DNA from: Oligoflexia bacterium
GTDB taxonomy: Bacteria > Bdellovibrionota > Bdellovibrionia > JABDDW01
NCBI GenBank assembly: GCA_043732305.1
Contig: JAYTHU010000179.1
Coordinates: 1 to 26,307, forward strand
Length of the DNA: 26,307 nucleotides
Direction of reading: 5' to 3'
Within the stretch, counting starts at the first letter, position 1; each line of letters opens with the position of its first letter. The position numbers and the translations under genes were made by a program. The notes below the pieces were generated by a model. It did not search any database. It worked only from the letters and a program-made list of their open reading frames with translations, and had not been told where the DNA came from. This document shows positions 1-12,188 of this stretch, piece after piece.

Positions 1-35
1 GCCCGCGAAAATCATAAACGGCAACATCCAGGCAC

Positions 36-58
36 AAAAAAACCACCTTTAGGTGGTT
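36..58 (-). terminator. Rho-independent terminator downstream of tRNA-Val
   Basis: Hairpin AACCACC-TTTA-GGTGGTT (41-58); the A-run at 36-42 reads as a U-tract on the minus strand. Confidence 0.75.
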
Positions 59-66
59 CGTAATTT

Positions 67-177
67 TTCGACTTATTCGATCTTCGGATTTGGGTTCGAT
101 CTTCGGATTTGGGTTTCGACTTATTCGATCTTCGGATTTGGGTTCGACTTATTCGATCTTCGGATTTGGGTGACTTA
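67..177. repeat. Tandem array: four exact copies of 19-bp TTCGATCTTCGGATTTGGG with TTCGACTTA linkers
   Basis: 19-mer at 76-94, 95-113, 124-142 and 152-170; 9-mer TTCGACTTA at 67-75, 115-123 and 143-151; partial GACTTA at 172-177 abuts the tRNA CCA. Confidence 0.95.
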
Positions 178-254
178 TGGTAGGCACGACTGGGCTCGAA
201 CCAGCGACCTCAACGATGTCAACGTTGCGCTCTAACCAACTGAGCTACGCGCCT
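178..254 (-). tRNA. tRNA-Val (GAC)
   Basis: Reverse complement AGGCGCGTAGCTCAGTTGGTTAGAGCGCAACGTTGACATCGTTGAGGTCGCTGGTTCGAGCCCAGTCGTGCCTACCA folds as a cloverleaf. Anticodon arm CAACG-TTGACAT-CGTTG, T-loop GGTTCGA, encoded CCA. Confidence 0.97.
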
Positions 255-305
255 AAAAAGACGCCTACCGTAAACAGGAAACAAAGACTGAACTGAACCA
301 GCAAC

Positions 306-1016
306 TTAGCTAATAGTGGACTCAGGAGCAACTTGTTTCTTCAACTTCATTTCCATAAGTTTCTCGCGAAGGTTTTGTTCAAAGAGGCGAGTCCAGTGAC
401 GGGCCATGTCTTCCAAATGAAAATGAGGAGGCTTTTCCATAAAAGCAGCCATCTCATTCTCCATATTGGTCACCCGGGTAGCCGCCCCACATTGGCGGAC
501 CAGTGAGAACTGCTTAAGATCGTTGAACACATTGATCGCAAGACCATGGAGAGTCACCCCTCGATCGACGCGAATTCCAAAAGCTGCAATTTTCTTCTCA
601 TTCATCCAAAGGCCAGGCACATGACTTCGAGCCACGTCCAAGCCATGCTCCGCCAGAAAAATCGCGGTGGTCAGCTCCAATAGCTCCACATAATGCCTCA
701 CACCCAAACCTAGATCACGAATAGGAACTATCGGGTACAAAACAAGTTGCCCAGGATTGTGAAGTGTGGCGTGCCCTCCCCGATCGATCGTAAATATTTC
801 GATGTGTTGAGAGCGAAGTTCTTTGAGTGGTATCAGAAGATCGTTGAAATTTTGTGAGCGCTTTCCAAAAGTGATGACAGTGGGATGTTCGCATCCAATC
901 ACCACCGGATTAAAACCCAAAGAGACGCGGTCGACAAATGTGATTTGCTTTTTCAAAACATTTTCAAAAGTTTCCAGCCCCTGCCAGAGAAGATTAATAG
1001 AGTTCAACTCGATCAT
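306..1016 (-). CDS. lipB: Lipoyl(octanoyl) transferase LipB
   Basis: Motifs EHPTVITFG, DRGGHATLHNPGQLVLYPI, KIAAFG, HGLAINV and QCG. Start placed at ATG 1016 (MIELNS); the ORF is open to 1070. Confidence 0.9.
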   Translation of the reverse strand: MIELNSINLLWQGLETFENVLKKQITFVDRVSLGFNPVVIGCEHPTVITFGKRSQNFNDLLIPLKELRSQHIEIFTIDRGGHATLHNPGQLVLYPIVPIRDLGLGVRHYVELLELTTAIFLAEHGLDVARSHVPGLWMNEKKIAAFGIRVDRGVTLHGLAINVFNDLKQFSLVRQCGAATRVTNMENEMAAFMEKPPHFHLEDMARHWTRLFEQNLREKLMEMKLKKQVAPESTIS

Positions 1017-1923
1017 TCTCCTTGAATCCAGATCCTGAATGCACAATGGCGACGCAACCGTCTTTTCCAAAATAGCTCACAACTTCTAATGTCCCTTTGA
1101 CTCTGCCGGGAGCTTTTCCAATGAAAAGTCCAGTCTCTGGATCATAAATGTCCTCACCGGGTTCCATCACTTTTAAAATATCCCCAACATTTATGCCCGT
1201 GAGCCTTCCAGCGTTGAGATATATTTTTTCGCCTTGTGAGTAAGCAATTCTTCCCGCCCACGCGAGTTTGTCTATTGATTTTGTCAAAGGTAAAACGAAA
1301 CCGTTAAAAGCCGAAGCCAGGGCTTCTCGAATGAGAACAGGATCAGATCCGAAGGATTGCTTACCGTCGGGATCCATCACGCGGTAATTTTTTTCTGAAC
1401 TTTGTGCGGATCTCACCTCGTTAAACACTTCGTGTTTCCCTACAGCAGCGTACACGCGTACGCCTACAGTGACAGTGACATCAGCTTTCATAGTTCTGAG
1501 TAAACCCACTTCATCGCCAGATTTCCGGGCTTTGACTTCGATCACACGGCCTTCAATCACCGCAATGACTCCAGCTTCGGCGGCAGCTTTACTTAGGCCG
1601 TCCATGTCATAGCCGCCGTCTTTTTTAAAACTTTCGAAATCTTTTCCCAAATCAGAATTATCCAAAATTATATAATTGTCGGTCGATCTCAATCCGGCAA
1701 TCAAAACATCGCGAGCCACTCGAGCAACGGCGGCGTCTTTTTCAACCGAGTCATTGAGCACTGGCAAAACGACAACTCTTTTGCGTGGACCATCCGCCTT
1801 GAGACTTCGCAATTTCTGACCGATATTGTTTGGTTCTTCTGTGGATCTGTTTTTTGCGGTCACACATCCCACACAGAGAATGAGTGCCACCAACGGTAGT
1901 AAAGAAAATTTTGACATTGTCAT
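994..1923 (-). CDS. Lipoprotein with CsgG/HfaB-like N-terminal domain and FlgT C-terminal-like domain
   Basis: Lipobox LCVGC. C-terminal GRIAYSQGEKIYLNAGRLTGINVGDILKV...IYDPETGLFIG resembles the FlgT_C beta domain. Confidence 0.6.
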   Translation of the reverse strand: MTMSKFSLLPLVALILCVGCVTAKNRSTEEPNNIGQKLRSLKADGPRKRVVVLPVLNDSVEKDAAVARVARDVLIAGLRSTDNYIILDNSDLGKDFESFKKDGGYDMDGLSKAAAEAGVIAVIEGRVIEVKARKSGDEVGLLRTMKADVTVTVGVRVYAAVGKHEVFNEVRSAQSSEKNYRVMDPDGKQSFGSDPVLIREALASAFNGFVLPLTKSIDKLAWAGRIAYSQGEKIYLNAGRLTGINVGDILKVMEPGEDIYDPETGLFIGKAPGRVKGTLEVVSYFGKDGCVAIVHSGSGFKENDRVELY

Positions 1924-3140
1924 TTGGCTCTCCGAGCGATTTTTTTCCAGGTTAAATCCACTTGATTGCTTGTGACATTCACCACGCCAAGTTCAAAATT
2001 TTCAAAACGAGAAGCTTCAATTTTTTTAACCATTTGGCCAACGGTTCCAACGAGATCTCCTTCAAGAGCCATAACTCCACGTTGCAAACTTCTTTCACGT
2101 AGCGCCCTGATTTCGGGGATGCGAGTGATGATTTCTTTCTTAACTGTTTCCAGATCCTGATAACCAAGATCTCCACTCACCATGAGTTTCACGGTTTGTG
2201 ATCCAAACTCACCTTTTTTATACGAGTCTTGCAATTGGGCGTAAATCACATGAGCTAAATCTGTGAAAGCGGCACGCATGATTTGTTGCAAAGCCACATC
2301 ACCGTTCGTTTTTGAAGTCATCATGTCATAAGTTTTTGAGAATTCTAAAATCTGCCTTCCGTTAGCCACGTTGAAACCCAAAAGTTTCGCAATCGCTTTT
2401 GTTTTTCCTGGCTTTTCTCCACTGGTCACAAAAACTTCGCCCGTCACGACAATTGAAGCCTTAAAACTTTGCGCGAGCAAAAGAGCTTCTTCTTGAGATA
2501 GGTTTTCATGTTTGAATTGATCAGAAACGAGCGGAAATAGTTTCCCATTCGAAGGATCGAAAATTTTATAGCCCTTGGCTTCTTGCACATGCCACTGGGA
2601 AATAAGCGGCTTGAATTGATCTTTTATAACTGGAGTAGCGTGAGTGTCGTCGTCCTTCCACCAAGCGTAATTTCGGGAGACTCCACGCTTCCTTTCGATA
2701 ATTTTAATCACCGGCAGAATCGTGTACACATCATCATTTTGAATGAGCAAACCTTCGCGATCTAAAATCTCGCGCAAAGCTGTCATGGAAATTTTCATCG
2801 TGACGTCGAGAGTTGTTTTTCCATCTTTCATCACGGGTTCGGTGGCTTTGTAAAACTGAACATATTTGGATGAATCATTAAGAATTCGACTTTTAATCAC
2901 TGCTGCAGATTTTTCTGCACGAGCAGTTCCGATTGTTTGTTGAATTGCTTCTAAAGTCCCTTTTTCCAAAGCAGAAGTGAGAGACTCGGCTCTCGCCTGG
3001 GAAGGAACGATGGAAGCACTTTCGCCAATTTCAATAAAGCTCATGACGTCGTCGGCATGGAGTGTTTTTACGATGAGTAAAAAACTGAGTACGGCGAGAG
3101 CTAAAAAGTAGAATTTAAAGTGAAATTTAATACGTTGCAT
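1920..3140 (-). CDS. Exported protein, FlgT N-terminal-like (LPP20/DUF2066-like)
   Basis: Signal peptide after MQRIKFH (ATG 3140, AAGAGGGA upstream). QARAESLTSALEK...ILNDSSKYVQFYK pattern resembles FlgT_N. ATGA overlap with the next gene. Confidence 0.5.
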   Translation of the reverse strand: MQRIKFHFKFYFLALAVLSFLLIVKTLHADDVMSFIEIGESASIVPSQARAESLTSALEKGTLEAIQQTIGTARAEKSAAVIKSRILNDSSKYVQFYKATEPVMKDGKTTLDVTMKISMTALREILDREGLLIQNDDVYTILPVIKIIERKRGVSRNYAWWKDDDTHATPVIKDQFKPLISQWHVQEAKGYKIFDPSNGKLFPLVSDQFKHENLSQEEALLLAQSFKASIVVTGEVFVTSGEKPGKTKAIAKLLGFNVANGRQILEFSKTYDMMTSKTNGDVALQQIMRAAFTDLAHVIYAQLQDSYKKGEFGSQTVKLMVSGDLGYQDLETVKKEIITRIPEIRALRERSLQRGVMALEGDLVGTVGQMVKKIEASRFENFELGVVNVTSNQVDLTWKKIARRAK

Positions 3141-3211
3141 TGATGCGATCCCTCTTACAGCAATTCTAGAGGTGAAAAAACCGAATATCAATAGATAACG
3201 TAGAGTTGGCC

Positions 3212-6200
3212 TTAGATCATTTGGACTGCGGCGCGACTGCCCATAGATTTTTCTAAATCTTCAAAGAATGCTTCGGTTGGGTTGACCCCGAGTTCTGCGT
3301 CTAAATCTAAAGTGACAGTCCGTTTGAGATCAGGAATCACCAAATCCAAGCGGCTTTTTACAATCCCTTTGTGCTTGGCCAATATTCGTTTGAGCTCTAT
3401 TAAATCTCCAGGCTGAAGGTTGGTAGCAGAGAATTTGACAACCAACTCCCGTGCAGAAAGCGAGAGTGAATCGACCAACTGAAATTCTTCGGCAATGAGT
3501 TTACTGGTATCATTTTCACGTTCGTGAATACCTTTGAGAATGAGTGCGCGGCCTGATTTAAGGATCGTCTGATATTTTGTGAACGTGTCTGGGAAGACAA
3601 CAACTTCCACAGTCCCCGTTTGATCCTCAAATTGCGCAAAAGCCATGCGCGAACCTTTTTTGGTGATGATCTCTCTAAGGGAGGCCACCATTCCACCAAT
3701 GGCTACTTTTTTCTTGTGACCTTCATTAGCTAAATTTGAGATTTTTCCGGTGACATGATTTTTAATGACACCCTCTAGCCCATTAAGCGGATGATCACTG
3801 ATGTAAAAACCCAAAACTTCTTTTTCATAACTCAGTTTTTGACTGCGGGGCCAGTCTTCTCGGTCTGGAAGTTCAATTTTCTCGTCGTCTTCAAATGCTT
3901 CCATTTCAAATAGGCTGACCTGGCCCTTATCTGCATCTCGGCGTTTGATCTCAGCAACTTCCAAATATTTCTCGAATCCCTCAAACAACTGTGCGCGATT
4001 TTTGTGAAGTTTGTCGAAGGCTCCCGCTTTGGTGAGACATTCCACAACTTTTTTATTCACACGTCTCAAATCAACTTTTTCAAAGAATTCTAAAACTGTT
4101 TCAAAAGGCTGATCTAATTTTGGATCGCGCGCTTCCACGATAGCGTGGACCGCAGCTTCGCCAACGCCTTTGACTCCGCCGAGTCCAAAAAATATTTCCC
4201 CCCTGCGTGCAGAGAAATAATAATCTGAGGTGTTTACGTTTGGTCCGCGCACGGGAATATTATGTTCACCAGCGTCTTTAATATATTTGACGATCTTGTC
4301 AGTGTCACCCATTTCAGTGGTGATCAACGCCGCGTAAAATTCAACAGGATATTTTGCTTTCAAATAAGCTGTTTGGGCTGCGACAACACAGTAAGCGGCC
4401 GCATGAGATTTATTAAATCCATACTCTGCAAACTTAGCCATAAGATCAAAGAGTTCTTCTGATTTTTTTGGTTCTAAATTATTTTCTTTGCAACCACTCA
4501 TGAAACGCGCTTTTTGTTTAGCCATTTCTTCGGGTTTCTTTTTACCCATCGCTCGACGCAAAATATCCGCTTCACCGAGTGAGTAATTCGCGCACTTGGC
4601 CGCAATCAACTGCACTTGCTCCTGATAAACAATAATGCCGTAAGTTTCACGCAACACTTCTTCAAGCACGGGAAATAAGTAGCGGACTTTAATTTTTCCA
4701 TGTTTTCGAGCCACATACTCGTCCAACATATTCATCGGACCTGGACGATAAAGTGCATTGATAGCCGTGATATCTTCAAAGGAAGAAGGCTTAAACTTTT
4801 TAATCAGATCGCTGATGCCGTCCCCTTCAAACTGGAACACGCCTGCGGTGTCCCCTTTCGAAAGCAGTTCATAAATGCACGGGTCATTCACATTGATGGA
4901 TGATGTTGAAAGTAATTGTGCTGCGGGATCATCAGGATGATTTTTCTTAATCATTTTGATTGCGTTACTGATCATGGTGAGAGTTTTAAGTCCCAAGAAG
5001 TCATACTTGATAAGTCCAATCGCTTCCGCGTTGATCATATCAAATTGAACAACGGTCTCACCCTCGCCGCCTTTATAAAGGGGGCAATATTCAACGAGCG
5101 GACGATTCGCAATAATAACACCCGCAGCATGAATACTTGCGTGTCTGACAATTCCTTCAAGCTTCAGTGCTGTTTCCAGAAGTGTGGCGACCTTAGGATC
5201 ATTGTCGGCCATCTCTTTGAAACGTGGTTCCATCGCTATGGCTTCACTTAGCGTGATGCCAAGTTTTTCCGGAACAAGTTTTGCGATGAAATCTACTTCC
5301 GCATACGGAATTCCAAGTGCACGGCCCACGTCACGAAGACAAGCTTTCGCCTGCAACTTTCCAAATGTGATGATCTGCGCAACCGACGGCGCGCCATATT
5401 TTTGAGTGACGTAATGGATGACTTCGGAACGTCTATCTTGGCAAAAATCGACGTCAAAATCTGGCATACTGATACGCTCTGGATTTAAGAACCGTTCAAA
5501 AAGCAGAAAGTATTTTAAAGGATCTAAATCAGTGATTCTTAGAGAGTAAGCAACGAGTGACCCTGCGCCAGATCCTCGACCCGGCCCAACAGGAATGTCA
5601 TTCATTTTCGCCCAGTTTATAAAATCTTGGACGATGAGAAAATATCCGTTGAATCCCATGCGATCAATAACGCCCAATTCATAATCGAGGCGTTTGTAAT
5701 ACTCTGGTTTTTTATCCGCAGAAATACCTTCATCTCGCTGGACCATTTCCTCAAAACGTCTAGCCAAACCCTCTTCCGACATGCGTTTAATTTCTTCGGT
5801 GACCGTCACTCCCTCAGGAACGGGGAAACTAGGAAGATGATAAATCTTGTTTCCCTTTTCATCATTGAACTGGAATTTCAAGTCACAACGGGCCGCAATT
5901 TCTAATGTGTTGTCGCAAGCTTCAGGGAGATCTTGAAACAGTTCTCGCATTTCCGCAGACGACTTAAAATAAAACTGATCGCTTGGTAAACGCGGACGCT
6001 TTTCTTCCTGAAGAGTTCTACCCGCTTGAATACACATGAGAGCTTCTTGCGCAAAAGCCCCATCTTGAGACATGTAATGTGGTTCATTGGCTGCAACAAG
6101 TTTTACACCCGTCTTTTTAGAGGCGGATATAAAAAACTTATTGAGAGCTTCATCGCGATTGGAAGTTCTTTGAATTTCTAAATAGAATCTGTCCCCGAAA

Positions 6201-6739
6201 ATACTTTTATAAAACTCTATTTTCTCGAGAGCTTTTTCTTCGCCGTGCTTCACAAACGTGGCAGGCACATCACCATTGATCGAAGAAGTAAGCGCAATGA
6301 GGCCAGAGTTATATTTTTTTAAGATTTCATAATCGATGCGAGGCTTGTAATAAAATCCCTCGGTGAAACCGCGACTGACAAGTTGACAGAGATTTCGATA
6401 ACCTTCTAAGTTCATACATAAAAGAACCAACCTTGGAAAAGTTTGATTCTGCGGACCGCGACCTCCACCGGATTCTTTACTTGCAGCCCCTTTAACCAAT
6501 CGGCTTTCAGGAGCAATGAAAACTTCGCAACCAAGAATAGATTTGACGCCCGTTTTTTGCGCATCGAGATAAAACTCAACAGCCCCGAACATGTTTCCAT
6601 TGTCCGTGACTGCAACCGCAGGCATCCCGTCATTTTCTGCAGCCGTCAGCAGGTCTTCGAAAGTTATCGAACTTTCAAGAAGGCTATACTGCGAGTGCAG
6701 ATGCAAATGAACAAATTTTCCGGATGCTTCCCCTGTCAT
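3212..6739 (-). CDS. dnaE: DNA polymerase III alpha subunit
   Basis: PHP domain FVHLHLHSQYSLL, GPGRGSGAGSLVAY, catalytic MPDFDVDF, YGFNKSHAAAY and C-terminal OB fold. No intein seen. Start at ATG 6739. Confidence 0.98.
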   Translation of the reverse strand: MTGEASGKFVHLHLHSQYSLLESSITFEDLLTAAENDGMPAVAVTDNGNMFGAVEFYLDAQKTGVKSILGCEVFIAPESRLVKGAASKESGGGRGPQNQTFPRLVLLCMNLEGYRNLCQLVSRGFTEGFYYKPRIDYEILKKYNSGLIALTSSINGDVPATFVKHGEEKALEKIEFYKSIFGDRFYLEIQRTSNRDEALNKFFISASKKTGVKLVAANEPHYMSQDGAFAQEALMCIQAGRTLQEEKRPRLPSDQFYFKSSAEMRELFQDLPEACDNTLEIAARCDLKFQFNDEKGNKIYHLPSFPVPEGVTVTEEIKRMSEEGLARRFEEMVQRDEGISADKKPEYYKRLDYELGVIDRMGFNGYFLIVQDFINWAKMNDIPVGPGRGSGAGSLVAYSLRITDLDPLKYFLLFERFLNPERISMPDFDVDFCQDRRSEVIHYVTQKYGAPSVAQIITFGKLQAKACLRDVGRALGIPYAEVDFIAKLVPEKLGITLSEAIAMEPRFKEMADNDPKVATLLETALKLEGIVRHASIHAAGVIIANRPLVEYCPLYKGGEGETVVQFDMINAEAIGLIKYDFLGLKTLTMISNAIKMIKKNHPDDPAAQLLSTSSINVNDPCIYELLSKGDTAGVFQFEGDGISDLIKKFKPSSFEDITAINALYRPGPMNMLDEYVARKHGKIKVRYLFPVLEEVLRETYGIIVYQEQVQLIAAKCANYSLGEADILRRAMGKKKPEEMAKQKARFMSGCKENNLEPKKSEELFDLMAKFAEYGFNKSHAAAYCVVAAQTAYLKAKYPVEFYAALITTEMGDTDKIVKYIKDAGEHNIPVRGPNVNTSDYYFSARRGEIFFGLGGVKGVGEAAVHAIVEARDPKLDQPFETVLEFFEKVDLRRVNKKVVECLTKAGAFDKLHKNRAQLFEGFEKYLEVAEIKRRDADKGQVSLFEMEAFEDDEKIELPDREDWPRSQKLSYEKEVLGFYISDHPLNGLEGVIKNHVTGKISNLANEGHKKKVAIGGMVASLREIITKKGSRMAFAQFEDQTGTVEVVVFPDTFTKYQTILKSGRALILKGIHERENDTSKLIAEEFQLVDSLSLSARELVVKFSATNLQPGDLIELKRILAKHKGIVKSRLDLVIPDLKRTVTLDLDAELGVNPTEAFFEDLEKSMGSRAAVQMI

Positions 6740-6747
6740 GGTCCCTT

Positions 6748-8298
6748 TTACTCCCACTCAATTGTTGCAGGAGGTTTACTCGAAACGTCATACACCACGC
6801 GGTTGATCCCCTTGACCTCATTGGTGATTTTATTGCTCACTCGAGCGAGAAAACTATATTCAAATGGATACCAATCAGCCGTCATTCCGTCAATCGACGT
6901 GACAGCTCTCAAAGCAGCGACTCTTTCATAAGTTCTGCCATCTCCCATGACGCCAACAGTTTTAATTGGAAGTAGAACCACGAAGGCTTGCCAAATTTTA
7001 TCGTAAAGTCCCGCAGCGCGAAGCTCATCGGTATAAACGCGATCTGCTTTTTGCAAAATAGCGACATCTTCTTTGTTTACCGCACCAAGAATTCTAATCG
7101 CAAGTCCGGGACCAGGAAAAGGATGACGTCCTAATAATTTTTCACTGACCCCAAGCTCTCGACCAAGTTTTCTAACTTCGTCTTTGAAAAGTTCTCGCAG
7201 GGGCTCAACTAGTTTCATGTTCATGCGAGCAGGCAAGCCACCCACATTATGATGAGATTTAATTGTCATGCTCTTGCCTTTTACACTGACGCTTTCAATG
7301 ACGTCGGGATAAAGGGTACCTTGCGCTAAAAAACTACATGGATTTTGCTTGGTGGCTTTTTCGAAAACTTCAATGAACACTCGTCCAATGATTTTTCGCT
7401 TTTCTTCGGGATCAGTTTTACCTTCTAGCTCACCTAGAAATTCTTTTTCTGCAAAGACAGCTTTTACTTTGAGACCCATTCCTGCGTAGGCTTCAAGAAC
7501 TTCATCGGCCTCGCGGTCACGCATGAGACCCGTGTCTACAAAAACGCACCAAACACGATCAGCTCCAAGAGCTTTAACAAGTAAACTTGCCGTCACCGTC
7601 GAGTCTACCCCACCACTCAAAGCGCAGAGAACTTTTTCAGTGGGTCCAACTTTTTCTTTTATTCGGTCTATTAAATGTTGGAGAAGTTTTCCACCCTGCC
7701 AATCAGGTTTGGCTTTTGCAAAATCAATGACAAAATGCTTTAGAATTTCAATTCCATTTTCTGTATGAGATACTTCCGGATGAAATTGCAATCCTTGGAA
7801 ACCTTTGCCAATCTTTTTTGATTCTATCGCGGAGATCATGCCGTTTTCGGATCTTGCGGTGACGTCAACCCCATGTGGTGCTTCATCGACGTGATCGCCG
7901 TGACTCATCCAAACTTTTTGGCAAACTTTCACTGCGTCAGCTTTACCCGAAGAATTTTCCCAAAAAATATTGTTTGCACCGTACTCGCGAGTAGAGCCAG
8001 CTTTGACAACTCCACCAAATTCTTTGGCTAATAACTGCATGCCGTAACAAATTCCTAAGATCGGATAGAGATCTAAAATTTCCTTGATGTCGGATCTGAG
8101 AGGAGCGTCAGCATCATAAATGCTAGACGGACCACCACTGAAAATAACTGCGGTGGGAGAAAATGCGTTCAATCTTTCAAGAGTGATATCGTGAGAAAAA
8201 ATCTCACTGTAAACGCCAAGCTCTCGCACTCGGCGTGCGATAAGTTGAGTGAACTGAGAACCGAAATCTAAAATGGCAATTTTTGAATTGGGTTCCAA
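6748..8298 (-). CDS. guaA: GMP synthase (glutamine-hydrolysing)
   Basis: ILDFGSQFTQLIARR, GICYGMQ, QFHPEV, SGGVDS, QGTLYPDVIES and KPPATIEWE. Confidence 0.98.
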   Translation of the reverse strand: MEPNSKIAILDFGSQFTQLIARRVRELGVYSEIFSHDITLERLNAFSPTAVIFSGGPSSIYDADAPLRSDIKEILDLYPILGICYGMQLLAKEFGGVVKAGSTREYGANNIFWENSSGKADAVKVCQKVWMSHGDHVDEAPHGVDVTARSENGMISAIESKKIGKGFQGLQFHPEVSHTENGIEILKHFVIDFAKAKPDWQGGKLLQHLIDRIKEKVGPTEKVLCALSGGVDSTVTASLLVKALGADRVWCVFVDTGLMRDREADEVLEAYAGMGLKVKAVFAEKEFLGELEGKTDPEEKRKIIGRVFIEVFEKATKQNPCSFLAQGTLYPDVIESVSVKGKSMTIKSHHNVGGLPARMNMKLVEPLRELFKDEVRKLGRELGVSEKLLGRHPFPGPGLAIRILGAVNKEDVAILQKADRVYTDELRAAGLYDKIWQAFVVLLPIKTVGVMGDGRTYERVAALRAVTSIDGMTADWYPFEYSFLARVSNKITNEVKGINRVVYDVSSKPPATIEWE

Positions 8299-8300
8299 AA

Positions 8301-10296
<1,996 letters not shown>

Positions 10297-10297
<1 letters not shown>

Positions 10298-10779
10298 CAG
10301 TGCACCATGTCCGATCCTTTAACGAGAGTGCGATTGCCCTGCTCATGTTGAGCACCTTGTTGCATGGCCCACTCGAGATTCAGAAGCTTTGCTTTTTCAA
10401 TCACTTCTGTGCTGGCGTAAAACAAGCAGTCAGCACGAAGGGCCAGCGGCATGATTTCGCGCGCTTTAAATTTCATTTGAATCTTCTTGTCACTTTGGAT
10501 GACACCAACCAAAGCCATGATCTCTTGTCCCACGATGTGATTAAAATAAACACTCGTGATTTCCACTCCCAATTCTTTAAAAATGGAAAGTGTGGCTCGA
10601 TGAGCGCTATCGAAACGACCTAAATTATCCGTGTCCGCCATCATGATTCCTGCGTTCACAGGATCAAGTGCTAGGGGTAAAACTTCTTTTTCGTCTTTGG
10701 TTTTAAAAATCATCACTGGTTTGTAGGGCATTGGACCAACCATCAGACCATGAGGAAAAACTTGGTAACGTGCGTTCAA
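10297..10779 (-). CDS. Bifunctional nuclease (DUF151) family protein, divergent
   Basis: PVMIFKTKDEKEVLPL...H...LGVEITSV...LALRADCLFYASTEVI pattern. DUF151 genes commonly follow miaB in deltaproteobacterial lineages. Confidence 0.7.
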
Positions 10780-12182
10780 TGTATAACCTCCGCGCGCATG
10801 GAAAAGGGCAGTGACTTGAGAATTTTCACTGGAATTATTTTTCCAACTAAACTTTCTGTTTTGTCTGTCGCATTTCCTGCACTAAAATTAACAACTTTGT
10901 TGTGTACGGTACGTCCTGTGAGGACATCCGGGTTTGTTCTTGAGGGTCCTTCGACCAAGACATCAAAAATTCCATCGTCATATCTTTTCGCGAGTTCAAA
11001 ACCGATTTCATCTTGCAAGTCCATGAGCTTCTGAAGTCTGCGGTCCATTTCTATTTCAGGAACGTGCAATTCTTTGGGAAGCTTGAGCGCCTTAGTGAAA
11101 GGTCTCGGACTATATTTAAATGAATAAACATTCTCATACTTCACTTCTCTCAGCATGCTTAGAGTTTCTTCAAACTCTTCTTCAGTCTCGCCGGGGAATC
11201 CAACAATGATGTCGGTGGAGAGAGAAAGATTCGGCAATGCTTTTTTAAGTTTCAAAACTTTTTCAATATATTCTTCGCGAGTGTATCCGCGATTCATCGC
11301 CTGCAGGACTCGGCTTGATCCGCTTTGAACCGGCAGATGCAAATACAGACCAAGCTTTGCTTGATATTTCACGTGAGCTTCAATCACACGGTCATCAAAA
11401 TCTTTTGGATGACTGGTGGTATACCTTAAGCGTTTGATATCTGTTTGCTCACAAACCGCCGAGAGCAAATCTACGAAATCACCCTGTCCATCGGGACTCT
11501 TGTAGGAATTTACGTTTTGACCGAGAAGTGTGATTTCTTGAACTCCCCGTGCAACTAACTTCTGAACATCTTTAACTGTTTCACTTAAGAGTCTCGAACG
11601 TTCACGACCGCGAGTGAAGGGGACAACACAAAAAGAGCAAAAATTATCACAGCCCTTTGTGATAGTCACAAACGCTTGCACTTTCGCGTTTCGGACCATA
11701 GTTGAGATTTCATACGGTCCACGATTTTGCATCGTGGTCCAAGCTTTACGGTGACTGCGTGGAAAATCAGTATCTATGGTGCGCGCGTCAGCGAGAATAC
11801 TCGGGAGGGTGTCGATATTGTCAGTACCAAAAACAAAATCAAGTTCTTGAACTGCGCCTAAAAGTTTCTTACCCTCTTGCTGTCCCACGCAACCGCCAAC
11901 CCCAATTTTTAATTGAGGCTTGAGTTCTTTGAGCGGTCGATATGTTCCAATCTCGCTCAATACTTTTTGAAGTGGCTTTTCTCTGACGGAACAGGAGTTG
12001 ATGATGATGACATCGGCGTCTGCGGCAGTTTCTGCCTGAGAGTAGTTGTGCATCTCCAGCAGTGAGTACATTCGCTCCGTGTCATGATCATTCATTTGGC
12101 AGCCATAAGTACTGATAAAGACTTTACTTAAGGAACTTGGACTGGGGCTCCCTACAGACTGAATATCGGACTCTTTTTGCAT
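10776..12182 (-). CDS. miaB: tRNA methylthiotransferase MiaB
   Basis: TYGCQMN, NSCSVREK, radical SAM CDNFCSFC, LLGQNVNSY, HLPVQSGS and C-terminal TRAM domain. Confidence 0.96.
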   Translation of the reverse strand: MQKESDIQSVGSPSPSSLSKVFISTYGCQMNDHDTERMYSLLEMHNYSQAETAADADVIIINSCSVREKPLQKVLSEIGTYRPLKELKPQLKIGVGGCVGQQEGKKLLGAVQELDFVFGTDNIDTLPSILADARTIDTDFPRSHRKAWTTMQNRGPYEISTMVRNAKVQAFVTITKGCDNFCSFCVVPFTRGRERSRLLSETVKDVQKLVARGVQEITLLGQNVNSYKSPDGQGDFVDLLSAVCEQTDIKRLRYTTSHPKDFDDRVIEAHVKYQAKLGLYLHLPVQSGSSRVLQAMNRGYTREEYIEKVLKLKKALPNLSLSTDIIVGFPGETEEEFEETLSMLREVKYENVYSFKYSPRPFTKALKLPKELHVPEIEMDRRLQKLMDLQDEIGFELAKRYDDGIFDVLVEGPSRTNPDVLTGRTVHNKVVNFSAGNATDKTESLVGKIIPVKILKSLPFSMRAEVIH

Positions 12183-12188
12183 GCTGAA

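Noticed and set aside
1..63. Possible gene end on the plus strand or a DVAVYDFRG hydrolase-like fragment on the minus strand
   Set aside because: Too short and overlaps the terminator; cannot be supported at the window edge.
67..177. CRISPR array
   Set aside because: No unique spacers (linkers are identical or absent), units are too short, and there are no cas genes in the window.
53..235. 60-aa plus-strand ORF with repeated STYSIFGFGFDL
   Set aside because: Translation of the tandem repeat plus the antisense strand of tRNA-Val.
3212..6739. Intein or error-prone DnaE2
   Set aside because: Normal length, no intein motifs, intact PHP and OB domains, and no imuAB nearby.
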